Below, one piece after another: positions 33,170 through 35,271 of a stretch of DNA of 35,271 nucleotides (position 1 is its first letter; each line of letters opens with the position of its first letter). A program made the translations under genes and the position numbers. A model generated the notes under the pieces. That model was not told the DNA's origin. It saw only the letters and a program-made list of their open reading frames with translations, and made no database searches. Origin of the DNA: Octopus bimaculoides (Eukaryota); NCBI RefSeq assembly GCF_001194135.2, contig NC_068983.1:144971410-145006680 (forward strand). Direction: 5' to 3'.

Positions 33170-33960
33170 CAAAATCCTTGACCTTCTTGTTATCTTTCAG
33201 TCTTGACCTCTACCAGGCCATCAATGTTTTTGCATCTGTCTGGTCAGCTGCAACATTATTGCGAACTCCTTACCATACATACTTATCTAATACAAAGTTT
33301 CTGTCATCTTCATTATATCAATTCAAATCAGCCGATTCTGCGTTAGTCATCTCAAGCAGCACGTATGCTTGCTCCCTACCCCATCAAGAGCAACTGGGGT
33401 TTCTTTTAAATATTTTTTTAGGCACAACCAGACCTCACAGCCCTAAGTAAACCATGTGGTTTTCTCAGAGCTAAAGAACAGAAGGTTAGGCAATGGACAT
33501 TAACGCTAGTCCTAAGACGATATTATCGTTCAACACGAGAACAGCATCGGTATGAATTTCCTTAAGCATAATGTGTACACAACTTGAACCCTCATGATTG
33601 TTATAATTCATAGCGTCGCTATCACCGAGAAACCTAGCGAACGTGCATCCTCCATATCACAAAGAGTATCTCAAAATGGCTACTATTCCTCTTCAGAACC
33701 AGAGACTGTTTCAGTTCCCCAAAGTTACTTACAATCCACAAAGTACATCCACAGCCTCAGCAGGGATGACACACATGCTTGAGCATATCTAGATACAGTT
33801 CACTTGAGTGACAAGACTGATGTCGATGACAAATACACCGTAATCTCTGTCCCACAGATGTAGTTCCATCTCTGCACATTCTTTTCTACTTGATGTAGCG
33901 TCTGTCTATCGGAGCTGAATGGCCTTATGCCTGCTCTAGTCAGGAATTCCCAATTCGTTC
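33170..33960 (-). mobile_element. Probable highly decayed RTE-like LINE remnant
   Basis: NWEFL...EKNVQRW...VYLSSTSVL and NRLI*IDIMKMTE weakly follow the RTE motifs WELLYADD...EKKFQVW...VNLAKTKVL and RRLRWxGHVMRM. Confidence 0.35.
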
Positions 33961-34544
33961 GTCTCTCTTTCTGTCGTTATTCATATGGCAACTAACCTCC
34001 ACTACTCAAATTTAGCCTCAGATACCCATAAAAACTTCTTCGCCCACTCCCTCTTTCTCAAAACAAGAACGCCAGAATTTCTCCTCTGCGTATATATTTT
34101 TTCTTTTTCCTCTAGCCTTCAATTTAAAAATCTCCAGGGTAAATGTTAATAGAATCAATTTCACCAGTCACAGAGATCCTGCGTAGATCTTGGTTGCAAC
34201 AACTTTCTCTTCGCGAAAACAATAACAAAATAACAAATCTATTCTCTTCCAAATCGTTTTTCTATTTACTTGTTTACTTTATGAAAATTAAAATGTGTGC
34301 CCTGTGAAATTCTGCTCACGTAGTAAAGAATCTCACTAAGAACTCTTAATCCAATATTTACCTTTACATCTACATGTTAATTCTGAAATAGAAACGTAAA
34401 GGAAATTATAAATTTGAGAAAAGCGTCGCAGTATAGGAATTATTGAAATCAAATAATTGCTTTAGGCATTTTCGAGTATGAAAAAGATTGCCCAAGCTGT
34501 CTTCGATAATGATTCAATCAGCAATATATGTATGTTTAAAGTTA

Positions 34545-34576
<32 letters not shown>

Positions 34577-35039
34577 AACAAATAGTAAATGAGTATATGC
34601 ATATATACGTACAGGTATGTGCATACCGACATCCACCTGTATGTATAGGTGCATATCTGGGTACAGGACATTGCAAACAAACGTAGACGAGAAAACACAC
34701 GAGCCACATAGAGAACATTCTACTTCATCAGCTACCCACGTTTTAACACCGGCGTTTCGACGAGCTTCGGGCAGGACGCATCGTTAAAACGGCTCATCCC
34801 ATGGACCGCAGATTAAATTTGTATACGCAAATTAAATCTAGCCATGGAGGAATACAGTGGCGGACAAAAAACAAGACAGGAAAACAAACAGAAAAGACTT
34901 TACGGCCAGACGAGAAAAATTATTTGTGTATGAACGCTGTGCAGCACGAACTTGAAAGGGACGAAGTGTTTCGTGCGTTTGCTCGGCGATAGCCAAGGAA
35001 GGAAAGGATTATTGACCGGAAGCATGTGACCATGCCGGT

Positions 35040-35271
35040 GTAAGGGGAAGAGAGAGAGTAGTAGAGGGAGAAACAAAGGGAGGAAGTAGAAGAATAGGTG
35101 AGCAACGAGAGGAAAAGAGAAAGAGAGGAAATACGAGGGGGAAAAAAGAGATACGTAGTAGTAACAGAGGAAGAACGAGAGGGGTAAAGCGAGATACGTA
35201 GTAGTAAAGAAGAAGAACGAGAGGGGGAAAAAAGAAAGAGAAAGAGATAGAGTAGCGTCGGAGAATATAAG
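35040..35271. repeat. Purine-rich low-complexity tract with a 43-bp-period duplication
   Basis: GAGATACGTAGTAGTAA..GAAGAACGAGAGGGG at 35148-35184 and 35191-35225. Confidence 0.8.

Noticed and set aside
34715-34765. Hammerhead from CGAAAC and CUGAUGA on the minus strand
   Set aside because: I could not build stems I and II in any permutation.

Overview
AT-rich, microsatellite-dense eukaryotic DNA with six N-gaps. The SINE families suggest an octopus/coleoid cephalopod draft scaffold, intronic or intergenic (inference from recalled repeat sequences, no database search). No complete host gene, true tRNA/rRNA gene or CRISPR array is visible, and most ORF-track entries are N-gap, microsatellite or antisense artefacts. 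Mobile-element content: four tRNA-derived SINE families (A-D); L1/Tx1-like ORF2 fragments; five R4/Dong-like (restriction-like endonuclease) LINE fragments; a 2.5-kb CR1-like LINE; a decayed Penelope-like element; a probable RTE remnant; a full-length dead Hsmar1-like mariner; four other Tc1/mariner fragments; a hAT 3' end; and a foldback-like inverted-repeat element. The most notable structures are: (i) minimal type-I hammerhead ribozyme motifs, one inside a ~130-bp non-coding unit that replaces the middle of a SINE; (ii) two independent chains where Dong-like LINEs (+) and SINE D (-) are strung along (AAT)n tracts in opposite orientations; (iii) a stop-free Tx1-like frame joined directly to a (GATA)n array; (iv) two or three candidate minus-strand micro-exons.
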